From: Octopus bimaculoides
Taxonomy: Eukaryota
Length of the DNA: 64,000 nt
Assembly (NCBI RefSeq): GCF_001194135.2
Contig: NC_068983.1
Location: 53,094,280-53,158,279 of the forward strand
Direction of reading: 5' to 3'
The notes under the pieces were generated by a model. The model had not been told where the DNA came from. It was given only the letters and a program-made list of their open reading frames with translations, and made no database searches. The position numbers and the translations under genes are program-made. Shown piece by piece: positions 1-12,290 of this stretch (positions within the stretch are counted from its first letter, which is position 1; the number at the start of each line of letters is the position of its first letter).

Positions 1-2319
1 TGTTTTATCTATTAAATGAAACAGTTGGTGTTTGTGAAGCAAATCTCTAGTTAACTCTCTTAATCATATATAAAAAGCTTCAAAGAGATAATGAGTTAAT
101 TCATAACATAATGCATATACCATAATTTTATCATACAAAAGTGGTTCGTAACCTTCCCAATTTTCAAGGATATTTTGTTTCTTCATTTTGTTATAGCATT
201 AATATGATACCCCTTATTGACATACCAAACATGAATTTTAGGTTATGTATCAATGTAAACATGCAAACAGCATTTTCACATTATATGAATTCATAAGAAA
301 GGAAATTAAATTACTGTCTACTTTCTTTCTAATACTTTAATCATTTCCAAAAGTTATTTTTACTTTGACTATCCTATTTTAATAAAAAATACTTGTTTGT
401 GTATGTTATTGGTTTGTATTAGTCTGTTAGAGGAGGAAAAGCAGTCCACCTTTTATTAGTTCTTCTAGATTAATGAAACCAATGCAGTTGATGTTGCATG
501 CAGGAAATATAGGTAGGAAGGGAATTAGAGGGCTGCACCTTTGACAAGAAATATGAAATAGTTGCTTTACATAGTTGTTTAAACAAATACATACTAGATG
601 TTAAATGATGATGATAAAAGACGTACTTATATGTACTCACATATAGATGCACTCACGTGTGTACACACACATTTGCTTAACTACTGTTTTTGTCACACAT
701 CCCCAGCCCTGCACACACACACACACATACACACACACTCACCAAGGTCTTTGTTTCGTATGACTTCCTTAATAATACATATTCTTTTACTGAAATTTTG
801 AAGAAACATTTTTAAAATGTACGTTATGCTTATGTTGATGAATTTGAAGCAAAAATAATTTTGTTTTTTATTGACAAAGATAAAGGTCCATACATTTTAA
901 CCATTCAATAACTTACTCATCATTGTTGCACAGCATAAAAAAAAGTCTTTGATAAAATCTTGATTGATCTTATTCGTCGTAAACATGAAATTGGAAATAT
1001 AAAATAATTTGAGTTTATATCTAGTCTACAACAAGATCTAAAAGACTTCTAGATGATAACCCAGGAACATGCCCCATTTCCTCTTATCTCATATCATTAG
1101 TTTGTGCAATGACCACAGGCAAGTTATTGAATGGTTTAACGATATAAATTTCTCTCCTTTCAGAGTCAAAAAAATTTTTTTTAAGTTCATTAACATATTG
1201 ATAATGTACAACTTTTGAAAACATATTTCCACAAAAGTTTAATTAAAAAATAGATATTATTCAGAGTAGGGGTCACTAAACTTTAGTGCAACATCTAACA
1301 CTAATATAGTTTGGTGGAGTTTTAGGCTAAGCACTACTCTGCAACTCCACTTTATTCATAGGTCTTTAAGGTTATAATTATTGGAGATTATGATTTATTG
1401 AATAAACAAATTTTCAAATAAACAAGTTTTCAAGATTATAATTTTTTCATTTTATTTTGTTCCTTCCCCTTCTCCAGAAAATTTTTATAACTTAAATAAA
1501 TTGTTTTATAATTCTAGTGTTAATTTTCTGAGTAAATGTGGAGCATCTTGCATTTCATATGGCATTCCTCACTTATTTCAGTATCCTTCAAAAACACCCA
1601 CCTGAATTTGAGCTGCTATGTAGAGACCAATTCTGGCACATCTAACATTTTAAGTGTTATTACTTAGGTGTGACAAAATTGCATTCTACCTCCACCATTG
1701 TTTCTTTTCTGGTTAAACTTTATCATGAGGAGATCAATTGACTTTGTGAGTGTAGGCAATACCTAGAAGCATGAACTAACAACTTACAAACCTAGTCTTT
1801 GCTGGTGACATCACACTTATTGCAAAAGACATAGTAGACAAATCTTAATTAATTAAAAGTAATTAAATATAGAATGCAATAGAGAGTTAATCTGATTTTT
1901 GACAGTATACTGACACTTGCATACAGGTTTTGGTCTTATTGGGCCTCCTAAACAAAGCACAGTTTATTACTACAGATTTTAGAATGACAAGAGAATATAC
2001 AGAAATTTTAGTTTAAGCAAGCTCCATTAGCAAAACAAAATTTTCCAATATACATAATGAGTCAATGTTATTGTTAGAGCATAGGATAAAAGTTATTATC
2101 TGTAGTAAAGCCATAAAACTGATTTTGTAGATAAATTGCAACTGAAATAGTAGGGAAAGCATATTGTTTTAATAATCAGATGGTATACATCAATATACAT
2201 TTTCTGTTGCTAGGTACATACTTCATGCAAAATAGACCTGTAACCTAAGTAATTTTTCGTTTTTTTGTTTTGTTTTCTTGCTAGTTTTTTTTTATGGCAC
2301 CATGCCATTTTTTTTTTAG

Positions 2320-2397
2320 GTGTTATTTGCTGCATTGCTAGTGCTGTCTGCTATCTTTTGATTTGAAGCATTATGCTTTAAGGAAAATCCAAATGTG
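2320..2397 (+). other. Candidate non-coding or 5'-UTR exon (78 nt), possibly ending in ATG-TG
   Basis: T-run acceptor (TTTTTTTTTTAG, AG at 2318-2319) and donor GTG|GTAAAG (GT at 2398). Stops occur in all three frames; ATG at 2393. Splice signals only. Confidence 0.3.
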
Positions 2398-2699
2398 GTA
2401 AAGTGTTAGAGAGAGAAGGAGGAAGAGAGAAGAGGCATGTGTTTATTGGAAAATAACACATGCTTTTGTAAAAAATTGTTTTATGGATTCAGGAATTAAA
2501 TTTCAAAGTTTAAGTATTCATTGATCAGGGCACAATATCAGACCTGTAAAATAGAAAACATAATCTTACAGTACTAATTAAGATGAAATATTTAAGAGAT
2601 GCAATAGCCACAGTGTTACGGTACTATACTACTGATGCTGTATTAATGAGTTTGATCTTTACTAAAATCATTGTATATTTTGCACATGGCTTTACCTGT

Positions 2700-3150
2700 C
2701 TCCATTTGCTTACTTGTGGAAAGATATGTGATTTAACTCCTAGCATCAACTTTCTTGAATGCAATGTGGGAAGGAACCAGCTAGTAGGTAGCTTGATAGG
2801 TCTTTTAACCCTACATTTAGTTCTAATGTTGATTTGCACATCAGGTACTTTGGATTTTCACTAGTTTCCCCTGGCTTCACCAATGAGTAGGTATGGATCA
2901 CCATCTTCCAGATGCTTTTATTTGTTTGCATGTATGTGAGTAATGAAGCAAGAGAGTTTCTATGCAGTTACTCAACCTAGCAGAAACAACAGCAGAATCT
3001 CCCCATAATCTTCCCATCTTCTTTAAAAGAAGGAAGGTCATCACATAATGTAGTTTTACATATACTGTCTGAAGAAAATATGGAAGGATCACTGTTGATA
3101 TGCCTTTGTTTACAAGACTATTCAACCAGACAATTACATGTTCCACTCTT
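2700..3150 (-). mobile_element. Very degraded LINE AP-endonuclease-like remnant
   Basis: Minus-strand translation LLTYMQTNKSIWKMVIHTYSLVKPG loosely resembles the RTE/CR1 APE segment NTFF.K...H..TY. Weak match. Confidence 0.25.
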
Positions 3151-5127
3151 TTTTTCCTGATTAAGTATTTATTGATAGATGAGAAACCCACTGTGAAAGA
3201 CGCTAATTGCTCCTATAAATTNNNNNNNNNNNNNNNNNNNNNNNNNNNNNNNNNNNNNNNNNNNNNNNNNNNNNNNNNNNNNNNNNNNNNNNNNNNNTAT
3301 ATATAATGGCAAAAGTAGTTTCAAATATAAAATATTTTTTGCAAAGGAGGTTTTAATGATTTTATTTCAACTTATAAACATTCATTTAATGAAATACAGC
3401 ATTTTATAACAAACATTCAAATAAATTTGGTCATTATGCTGTCAAGATGATACATCATTAACATTGAGAGATCAGCGTTATGAAGTGGGTATCTCAAGTG
3501 TATTATTGAGCAATATATAGATTTTTTAAACCCAGATTATAAAATATAAATGTTTTTACTAAAAATATACATATAAAAACATTAACAATTCAGATTTATA
3601 ATGAAAGCATGAAGTACTTCAAGATGATAAATTTTATTGTAACAAAACTTGAAATAATTGAATATGTTCTAACTTAAAAATTGCAAACAGATTAAATAGA
3701 TCCTTTATTCACTCTTATATAAATTGATACACACCTTTTTCTTTTAATAAAGATTTCCTACTTGAAAATTCTGTGTGTGTGTGTGAATGTAGAATTTATC
3801 ATCCATCTACTACTGATTAATTTATCAACACATGTCAATATACCTTTAAGTGCATATAGCTCCAAGAAATCAATACTTGCTTCAATATAATTTTTCTTTT
3901 CAAGATAAGTTTTTGCGAAAGACAATAAATATTCTGCTTTAGATCAATGCTCTGCTTCTGCTTAATCTTTTACCTGGAAACAAATTGTATCTTTTTCTTT
4001 TCCTCTTCTGTCAATGGTTCACTGAATGTCAATATATAAAAATCAATATTTACCTACAAACTTATTTTATTTAAATCAAAATTCTTTATTTAAAAGTTAG
4101 CTTCAGATAAATTTGTTTCAACCAAGGTTAAAACTCAGTTTAAAATCTTTCATCATAATGTTGGTATTTTTAATGTTTGCTACAACTTCGTATCTAACAA
4201 TGTTTAGCAATTCATTTATTCATACTTATTCATAGGCAGATTGAATGATTCTAGTTGTATTTATGAATGTGTTGTCTTATTTTTCTAAACAATCTAAAAC
4301 AGAAACAAGCATCTTTCTGCTATAGATTTGAAAACTTTAAATTAGATACCTTAAATACAATTTTGCAGAACTTTGCACTACTTTTCAATATTAACATATA
4401 ATTTATCTAATTAAAGAATATTTCCCCCATAAACAAAGAATAGTAACAATGGGAGAATATATAGGGAAAATAAAGAGAAAATGTGTTCTCATGAAAATAT
4501 TTTTTGTTATCTTTAGTATTTTACTGTTTTGCGTGTCATTATCAACATCATGACTGTTTTAATACATATTATTCACATACAGGCAGTCCTACTCCAGATT
4601 AAGATAAATTTGTTTGAAATTTTAAGGTTTCCATTATTTTGTTCAACCCCTGTGTAGTTGTATGTTTGGGTTAATTTTTCTTGTATGTTATTGTAGATGT
4701 TTTAGTTTAATTCTTCAGTAATCAACTTGATTCTTTAGAAATATTTTCAATGTCAAAATTTAGGATACTTTTAATTTAGAAAATTGCATTCAGTATTTTA
4801 CACCACATTGTGATAAGTGCACTTATGAAAAAATTATATATACAAACAACTAAGCTACATCCAATAAATCTTGTTGACATATGATGTACTAATTTTTGAA
4901 ACCATTGGTGCATAAATATTAATATAATGGCAGCTTAAAACATTTTAAAATAGTGTAATATTTTATAAGTTTAAAGCTTATAAGCAATCTCATTGACTAA
5001 AGAAAATAGTCTAATATAGGAGCATATAAGCCCTTGACAGAAAAAAAAAGTGGGTTTTCCGTGAAGCACTCACTGTGTATTGACTAAAGAAGCCAGTGTC
5101 ATATTGGGGAATATGAGCCCTCATTGG

Positions 5128-6088
5128 AAAAAAAGCAATGTCCTGCGAATATGGTGGATGAGGCATCGTTTCCCATTCAAACTGCTCTTTGAAATGTCAT
5201 CCTCCCTGTATGAGGCCAAGCATTATCCTGATGGACCAAAGATGGTCGGTTTTTTTTTCCAGTACTGACTTAAGCTGCTAAAGCTGCTCACAGTAGATCT
5301 TCTTTATTATCATTTGGTTTGGGTTTAAAAGTTTAAAGTGAATTAAACCTTTCATATCTCACAAAACAGATAACAGCACCTTACATGGGTGAAGACGTTC
5401 TTTAGCCTTAGATGCCAGTGCTTGACATTTTTATAGAGAACCCATTTCTTTTCACCAATCAATATTCAGTCCAAAATAGGTTCATCCGTGAGACATGACA
5501 GCAAAGAAGAGCACAATTTCACTCTCTGTGCATGATTAGACTTGGAAAGTTTGTGAGGAACCCATTGACTCAATTTTCTGACTTTTCTGATGGCACACAG
5601 GTGTCGATGAATGGTTGAATGACCAAATCCAAGCTTCTCTGCTAGTTCCTCAACAGTTACAATGAGATTTTGTTCCACCAGGGTTTGCAGGATGTCCTCA
5701 TCAAGCTCTACAGATCTTCCAGGATGAAGTTTGTCTTCTAGGCTGTAGTTTCTGGCTTGGAATTTCTGAAACAACCATTGACACTGGCTTACACTTATTG
5801 TCTGATCTCCATATATTGCATTAATATTCCTTGCATTTTCTGTTGCATTGTTGCCTTTATTGAACTCATAAAGTAAAATATATCAAATATGCACCTTTAC
5901 TACTTCCATTACAGCTTTGAAAAAATAACTGTTAAAATTGAACTGTGTTCTTCAAAACTTGCGCTAAGAATAAGGACAAGGTAAAATTACTACCTGATTT
6001 TATAGAAAATTGATGCAGGCAGTTTATTCCGTTCCCCACTGACTTTTAGTACATGCAACTGAAAAAACTGCGTTACTTATGGGATGAC

Positions 6089-6092
<4 letters not shown>
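5128..6092 (-). mobile_element. mariner (Tc1/mariner, DD34D type) transposon remnant, 3'-truncated, transposase pseudogene
   Basis: One terminus TA-TTGGGTCATCCCATAAGTAACGCAG at 6092 (minus). ATG at 5909. Translation with stops and frameshifts gives ILLYEFNKGNNATENARNINAIYG...LEDKLHPGRSVELDEDIL...WVPHKL...GEKKW...HQDNAWPH...PHPPYSQDIA (mariner WVPHEL and YSPDLA motifs). The third catalytic D and the second TIR are absent. Confidence 0.92.
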
Positions 6093-6126
<34 letters not shown>

Positions 6127-6130
<4 letters not shown>

Positions 6131-6800
6131 ATCATATATGGGTACAGGACGTCACCAACTGTAAACAACATGAAATATGAAGACAAATGAGTTCAATACG
6201 CAAATAAAGAGAGAAACAAATGGAAAACAGGACAAGTAACATAAAGAACGACCCTTCATCAGTTGTTGGCTGTCTGTCTACACCTCATTTTGAGCATTGA
6301 ATGACAATATGAGTCTTCGAAGACAGTTGCTCCCATAAGTACCAAGATAAAATTTGGGATTTATGGAGGGTCAAAGTTAGGAACAAAAACAGGACAGTGA
6401 AGACATACAAGGAAACTGAATGAAAACAAACATGGAGGGTCATTAAACCCGAACGAAGGTAAAATAACGAACACTGGAGAAATATTTTCTTTGACAATAG
6501 AAAAGATAGAAGTGAGAGACAGGATACGTCCAGTCTTTAGGACAGCTCGGAAAGAAAAGAAGGATGATCACACGAGGAAAAGAAAGATGGATGATGGTCA
6601 CAAGTGAGCAATGAGAAAGAGTAAAGGAGAAAGCAGGGGAGAAAGAGAGAGAGATAGAAAACGGTGAAGGGAAGAAAAAAAAAGGGAATTAGAGAAAGGA
6701 TGAGAGAGAAAACTATAGGGGGAGAAACCAGTGTAGAGTAGAGTCACATCAAAAAGATTAAGATAAACTTACATGGAAATGGATGCATGGAAATAAATGC
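6127..6800 (-). mobile_element. Probable Penelope-like element 3' remnant
   Basis: Minus strand has ENISPVFVILPSFGFND (resembles the GIY-YIG C-terminal P.GLN motif), then CAACTGATGAAGGG and a T-rich tail ending in (TA)n; purine-rich linker at 6560-6740 on +. Confidence 0.4.
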
Positions 6801-7449
6801 CATACATCCATTTCCAAGTAAGTTTATATATATATATATATATATATATTTATCCACATATGTGTATATTGGTACCTTTAAGAAACTTGTTCTGACATTA
6901 AACTTTTATTTTGTAAATGTATTGTTTGTTCATAAAATTGGAATAAATTCATTCATGCTTCATTTTTATCATGTTATGTGGTATTTTAATTTCATTTCTT
7001 TAATTAATTTCCATTAGGTAAAATTATACTTATTAGAAAGCATTTTTTACTATTACTCTCCTTATTACAATTTTGTGTATATGTTCTATAATCAACTCTT
7101 ATATAATTTGATACAGATTTAATTTATCGTGGAAAGTTATAGTTTGAAAAATGTATGAATTGATTATTACTAATAAAATTTAATATTAAAAGTTAGAAAA
7201 GCAGTATCAGCCAACTTTAAATTATTGACTTTTTTTTTGAGAACATTTACTCATCATATTCAAAACAGTTAATTTATTGTTCTTGTTAGCATTGTTATAG
7301 TTATCATTGTTGAATAGAATGAACATTCAAATTCTTAGAAAATAGTGATAATGAATCTTTACATCTTCAAAACTAGGCTAAGCATAATCTTGATAACATT
7401 TGACCATTGAACAGTAGGCAGATTTTCAAAATGAAAAGAAAATTATTGA

Positions 7450-7650
7450 TATATAAGCCTTTTAAGCTGTTGAAATTAAATTTTCATTCATAATACCAAT
7501 TTTATTATAGCTATCATACCAATATAATTTTTCTTGCATCTTCACATCAGTCAACCTAACTTCACAATCTAAAGTAACCTTCTCCAAATAACAACCTTTT
7601 TTAATGTCATCCATTACTAAATTTGTACAACAATAATGCTTCATGAGCCA
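7450..7650 (-). mobile_element. Small R4/Dong-like RT fragment
   Basis: ORF 7462-7644 (VMDDIKKGCYLEKVTL...YNKIGI) resembles FS.DI.M.FGLEKC...YKYLGI. Heavily decayed. Confidence 0.3.
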
Positions 7651-8269
7651 TCATTTCAAATAAAATAAACCTTTAGAATTTAAAATTAAAAGTATGTCTA
7701 CTTATAAACAGTCTTGTTTTGATTTTATCATTATTTTATACATGAAAAGTAATCTTTCGTTAAAAGGAAATGGGTTGCTTCCAGTTTAAATTCATCTGAG
7801 ATAAGAAAATGTTTTTGTTGAATAATTAAAATCTTCTGAACACATAAGACATACGGCTGTATTTAAATTTGTTATTAACTGTTTTTCATCTACTAAAATA
7901 GATAATTAAAATTAAGAGAAAACTTCTTTCAAATAGATTTAACTNNNNNNNNNNATATATATATATATATATATATAATGCTGCTTTGACTGGGACTGTT
8001 TTTCACTTGATGGTTTCTACAACCAATAGCTTTTAGTATTAAGTCTCCTTGTCAATCACTATTCCTTTGGTATTCTTAAAATTGCATTAAAGTAATAACT
8101 TTTGACAAACATACACTCGTAGAGTGTGGCTGAAAAGTTTACTGGTAGTTGCAGGTTCAGTTGCTCACCCCACCATGCAGAACCCTGTCATATACATACA
8201 TATATGTTCGTGTACATATATGTATATGTGTGCATCTGTGCGTATCTATGTATACATTTGTGTATTTTT

Positions 8270-8460
8270 GTGAGTTTATGTTTTGACAACTGGTGTTGGT
8301 TTGTTTATGTCTCTGTAACCTAGGAATTTGACAAAAACGACCAATAGAATATGTACCAGATATAAAAATTAGTACTGAGTTCAATTTGATCAACAAAACA
8401 CTAGACTGTAGCTATATTCTAGTATAGCTACAGTCCAGTGACTGAAGCAAAATATCAAAA
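8270..8460 (+). mobile_element. SINE family A tail-1 module, with a microsatellite upstream
   Basis: Matches the 3' module of the 43856-44268 copy (GACAAC..TGGTGT...GTAAC...ACCAATAGAAT..GTAC...GTGACTGAAGCAA). Confidence 0.7.
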
Positions 8461-8489
8461 GTGTGTGTGTGTGTGTGTGTGTGAATATA

Positions 8490-8660
8490 AATAAATCATA
8501 ATTGTCATCATTTTATGTCTCTTTCCATGCTGGCATGAGTTTAACAAACCATTTCTGTCTTTCTAGACAGATCAACAGACCATGTTTCACTTGTAAATTT
8601 CATTATTGGCTTGGTTTTTACAAACAGATGCCCTTTCTAATGCTAACTACTTATGTGATA
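8490..8660 (-). mobile_element. RTE LINE 3'-end remnant
   Basis: TTTCCATGCTGGCATG...ACAGATGCCCTTTCTAATGC matches the RTE tail seen at 59780-59930. Confidence 0.6.
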
Positions 8661-8739
8661 TGATAAATGTAAGCACATTTTTTCATGCGTGCATTCGTGC
8701 ACACACATACACACAGATATTTGTCATGTATAAAACAAA

Positions 8740-8875
8740 AGATGGTGAATTTGCTGAATTTTTTGAACATCAGTCAAAGTGCCTCTGTTATTTGTTCTGG
8801 CACTTTATGTTCTGAATTCAAATCCTGCCAAGGCTAACTTTGTCTGGGGTCAGTAAATTAAAGAGGTAAACACAT
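8740..8875 (+). mobile_element. SINE family B, degraded partial copy
   Basis: TTCTGAATTCAAATCCTGCCAAGGCTAACTTTG matches the family-B B-box region. Confidence 0.55.
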
Positions 8876-9564
8876 TGTGGTATTTGTTATGATACTTTAG
8901 ATGCAGGGAGCCCAGTAGAATTTCTTGTGTCTAGCCAACAAGATGATATCTTGTAAAAAAATTACTCTTCTATATTTTTATGAAAATTTCGTTGCAAAAT
9001 ACAAAGTGCTTGTCAAGGAGTTCAGCAAGGTGTCATTTGTGGCTTTCTCCTGCAGAAAGGAATATATAAACTGCAGATATACGCAAAACATACATTTGTT
9101 TGGGGATATCTTCTAAAAAAATGCAATGAAATTTCTCTCTTGAAGTATGTTTCAGATTTAAGGGGTTATAATATAAACTAAACCAAAATAGCATCATGCT
9201 TTACATGAAGTAGTGTTACTACTTATGGAAAAACAGTGTTGCTCATAACATAAGTGATTCCAGAATAAGAATTCTGTGCACTGCTGTAAAATATAAATGT
9301 TATATAATTGCACAAAAATATATTTACTCAACATGTATCATGATGCAGATGCCAAACAAATTATGAAAAAAAACCCAAAAAACAAAACAAAACATTACTT
9401 TATTTAGGGTAAGCATTTTATGAAGCAATAGCAGTGGAAAAACAATGCTAACAATAATTGAACAAGAAAAATTAGTACGTAGAAAAGAATGACAGTTTCA
9501 AAACATCAAGTATGAAATGTGATACCCTGTATATCAAAAACAACATTTCTGTCTTCACAATAAT

Positions 9565-9700
9565 GATTTCAAGGGATGAAGTTGATTACATTGACCCCAA
9601 CATTTGACTGGCACCTTATTTTATCAACCCCAAAAAGTTGAAAGGTGAAATTGATCTCTGTGAAATTTTAATGCAAACTGTAAAGGGTTGTAAGAAACGC
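9565..9700 (-). mobile_element. SINE family B, degraded partial copy
   Basis: TTGACCCC...TTATTTTATCAACCCC..AAG.TGAAAGG is the reverse complement of the family-B core. Confidence 0.6.
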
Positions 9701-9854
9701 CACTAAGAATTTTGTTGAATATAATAATGATTCTTCCAGCACACCTTAATTTTCTTCATAATATTGAAGTATACAGGTGAACAACTAGCTAAACAGGCTG
9801 TGAATGACATAATCCATTTGTAGACAAGATAACCATTCAACATTGAATAAGTGA

Positions 9855-10022
9855 TGAGTGGCTGTGTGGTAAGTAGCTTGCTTACCAACCACATGGTTCC
9901 GGGTTCAGTCCAACTGCGTGGCACCTTGGGCAAGTGTCTTCTACTATAGCCTCGGGCCGACCAAAGCCTTGTGAGTGGATTTGGTAGACAGAAACTGAGA
10001 GAAGCCCATCGTATATATGAGA
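9855..10022 (+). mobile_element. SINE family A head (tRNA-derived, CORE-like)
   Basis: GTGGCTGTGTGGTAAG (A-box-like), GGTTCAGTCC (B-box-like), then GGCACCTTGGGCAAGTGTCTT, similar to the CORE motif GTGACCTTGGGCAAGTCACTT. About ten copies in this window. Confidence 0.9.
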
Positions 10023-10261
10023 CCAGTTGTAACATAGACCGACTAATTAACTGGCAAATGAAATTATACCACCCATAGACAATACCTTGATTAAATATTA
10101 GAAGCCAGCCAGTGAAAACATGAACTTGATCCAATGAATATATAACCAGATCAGTTATCAAATAAAAACAGTTCTTGTCTGAAGAATGTAGTTGTGTGGA
10201 ACAGAATCCATGTATTGAGTACTCTCTTCCTCTTCTGTTGACAAACTGTAACACTAGAATA

Positions 10262-10300
10262 CATTCATTCATACATACATACATACATACATACATACAT
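10262..10300 (+). repeat. (CATT)n/(CATA)n microsatellite
   Basis: Direct reading. Confidence 0.9.
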
Positions 10301-10895
10301 TCGTGCATATACAAAAGAGCCTTGGATCTTGGTTAAAAACTGGTTCATTCTCCATTGGCAAGAAATTGAGAAATAAAACTAAATAATAACCTACATACAC
10401 ACACATATATTAAAGATCACTAAACAAGGAATATATTGGTAGAGAGAGATTATCACATATGGTGCTAATTATATAGATCAATAAGAAAATGGGTGAGGAA
10501 CGTATTTGTGAATATATACAAGCAGCAAGTGGTGCAATTTCTTTTTTTTTTTTTGATATGTGTGAATTGATTATTTCCATTAAACAAAAATAATTGTTTT
10601 TGAGTGTCTCAGGCTGAGTTAATGTTTCAGTAGTGATACTCTTGTTTTAAGAGGTGGATAAGAAGTTGCTTTTCATTTTGCTATTCTTCCATGACAGCAT
10701 TGTTAACTGCTACAAAAGTGAAAGAGATACATTTCTTGTAGCCATGTGCTGATCAATCGTGAAGTGAAGGTGGTAAAATTATCCCTGGCAACCAATGGTA
10801 ACATCACTAACAAAAAAATTTCTTACTCACCTTGGTCTCTTAATACTCCTGAGAGACTGTGGATTAGTACCATTTATACCTTTCTGTCATAATTA

Positions 10896-11313
10896 CTGTA
10901 TATACTTGGCTATAAGTTGCACTTTTTTCCCTGAAATTTTCACCTAAAGTTGGGGGTGTGGCTTATAAGTGCATCCTATAAAAAAAAATCTTCAGATATT
11001 TTCTAGGTACAAGCCACGTCTGAAGTTCCAATATTTAGAATAACCAAAAAGGATCAAATTTTACATTATAAACAACAGTTTCTGAAATGCATGGACTTAT
11101 TGGGGTAACAGTTGTAAGTCATCTTCAGCTTACTCAAAACTCGGTTACCAAGCAACAACTATTTTGGTGCAATTCCTAATTGAACCATACTCTCCAACAT
11201 CAACAAAGTTGCTGCGACTTATAGTCGGGTCAATGATAAAATTCCCAATTTGAACCTTGTAAGTCAGGGATGCTTCTTATAGGCAAGAGCATTATATAGT
11301 CAAGTATATATGG
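10896..11313. mobile_element. pogo/Tigger-type MITE (~420 bp)
   Basis: Left TA-CTGTATATACTTGGCTATA; right TATAGTCAAGTATATATGG-TA (reverse complement CCATATATACTTGACTATA). TA target duplication; internal TATAAG/CTTATA motifs. Confidence 0.8.
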
Positions 11314-11859
11314 TAACTATTGTTTGCTTGCTTTCAGATTCATATTCTAATCCATTTATAACCAAGCTGGTAGAAGGATAGATTCTGCTACACTCACCTG
11401 CTTGATATATATATATCATGAATATCTAATTTGATAAGATAAGATTACTAATGTGTTATGAATTCCTTGTGAAAACTATATCTTCTTGGTTGTTTATACT
11501 TTGTAAAGACATTATCTATTATATTAATTTTGATGACAAATGATCATGTTTCTAAGAACCATAATTTTGGAATGAAGTTCTCACATATGAAACACAGGTG
11601 TCTTGTTGATTACTCATATTTGCTGCATTGAAACCATTTGAAACTTTAATGAGATTTCAGTTGAACCTAAAAGTACATGATGTCACTTCAACAAGTCGCT
11701 GTTAGGCATTGCATACAGAAACTATAAGCTCCACATTTCCATGATTTATGTTAGAATATCAAGGTCAGATTTACAGGCCATCTTATTTTGTGTGTTGGAG
11801 AGAAGAGATCTAGACTTTTTAGAGCATTCTGTCAGTAACAGATATCTGGTTGAAACATT

Positions 11860-12065
11860 GTTGTTATTACTTAACCTCAGGAGAACCCCGATTGAGCAGA
11901 CTTGTGATGAAGAATATTCAAGTGATGGCTATTCTCTCTCTCTCGTTTTTTTTTTTTAACTGAGGCAATGCATACATTGGACTACATTAGTGAACATGTG
12001 CTTTTTATAAGATATGGTAGAGTGTGATCTGGAGGAAATTTGGCTGTGATTTCTTGTAGTTCAAA
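11860..12065 (-). mobile_element. Interspersed repeat family D (SINE-like, (CAA)n tail)
   Basis: CCCCGATTGAGCAGACTTGTGAT is shared with 47095-47160 (AGCCCTGATTCAGTAGACTTATGAT); related pieces at 28840-29015 (+) and 52015-52075. Confidence 0.45.
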
Positions 12066-12089
12066 TAACAAAGCTGATGCCCCCTCATT

Positions 12090-12290
12090 GTCTCAGGGTC
12101 CTTATTGTAAGATTCAGTGCTTAGGTGATAGGCATTATATGATACTAGGTTCTTTTAGTTGGCTGGATGAAAAACTAAGTCAGTTACAGAGTGTCTCAGC
12201 AGCTATTGATTGGCATTCATTCTGAAAGTATAATATTTCTTGGTGACTTTAATTGCCCAGACTTGTAATGATAACTTACAGACAAACTAT
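12090..12290 (+). mobile_element. CR1-like AP-endonuclease remnant
   Basis: 12230-12265 translates IIFLGDFNCPDL (APE GDFN motif). Confidence 0.45.

Noticed and set aside
2583-2864. 93-aa + strand ORF
   Set aside because: No recognisable domain, and it is antisense to a probable LINE remnant.
9855-9935. tRNA-like A/B boxes in SINE heads
   Set aside because: They are multi-copy, continue into SINE bodies and lack a full cloverleaf. Not tRNA genes.
9703-10314. 203-aa minus-strand ORF
   Set aside because: It runs through a (TATG)n microsatellite and an antisense SINE A (RGYSRRHLPKVPRS is SINE translation, also seen in the ORFs at 43854 and 62154). Not a gene.
10825-10885. Minus-strand donor AAG|GTGAGT with an open upstream frame
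   Set aside because: There is no convincing polypyrimidine acceptor; the upstream sequence is the MITE terminus.
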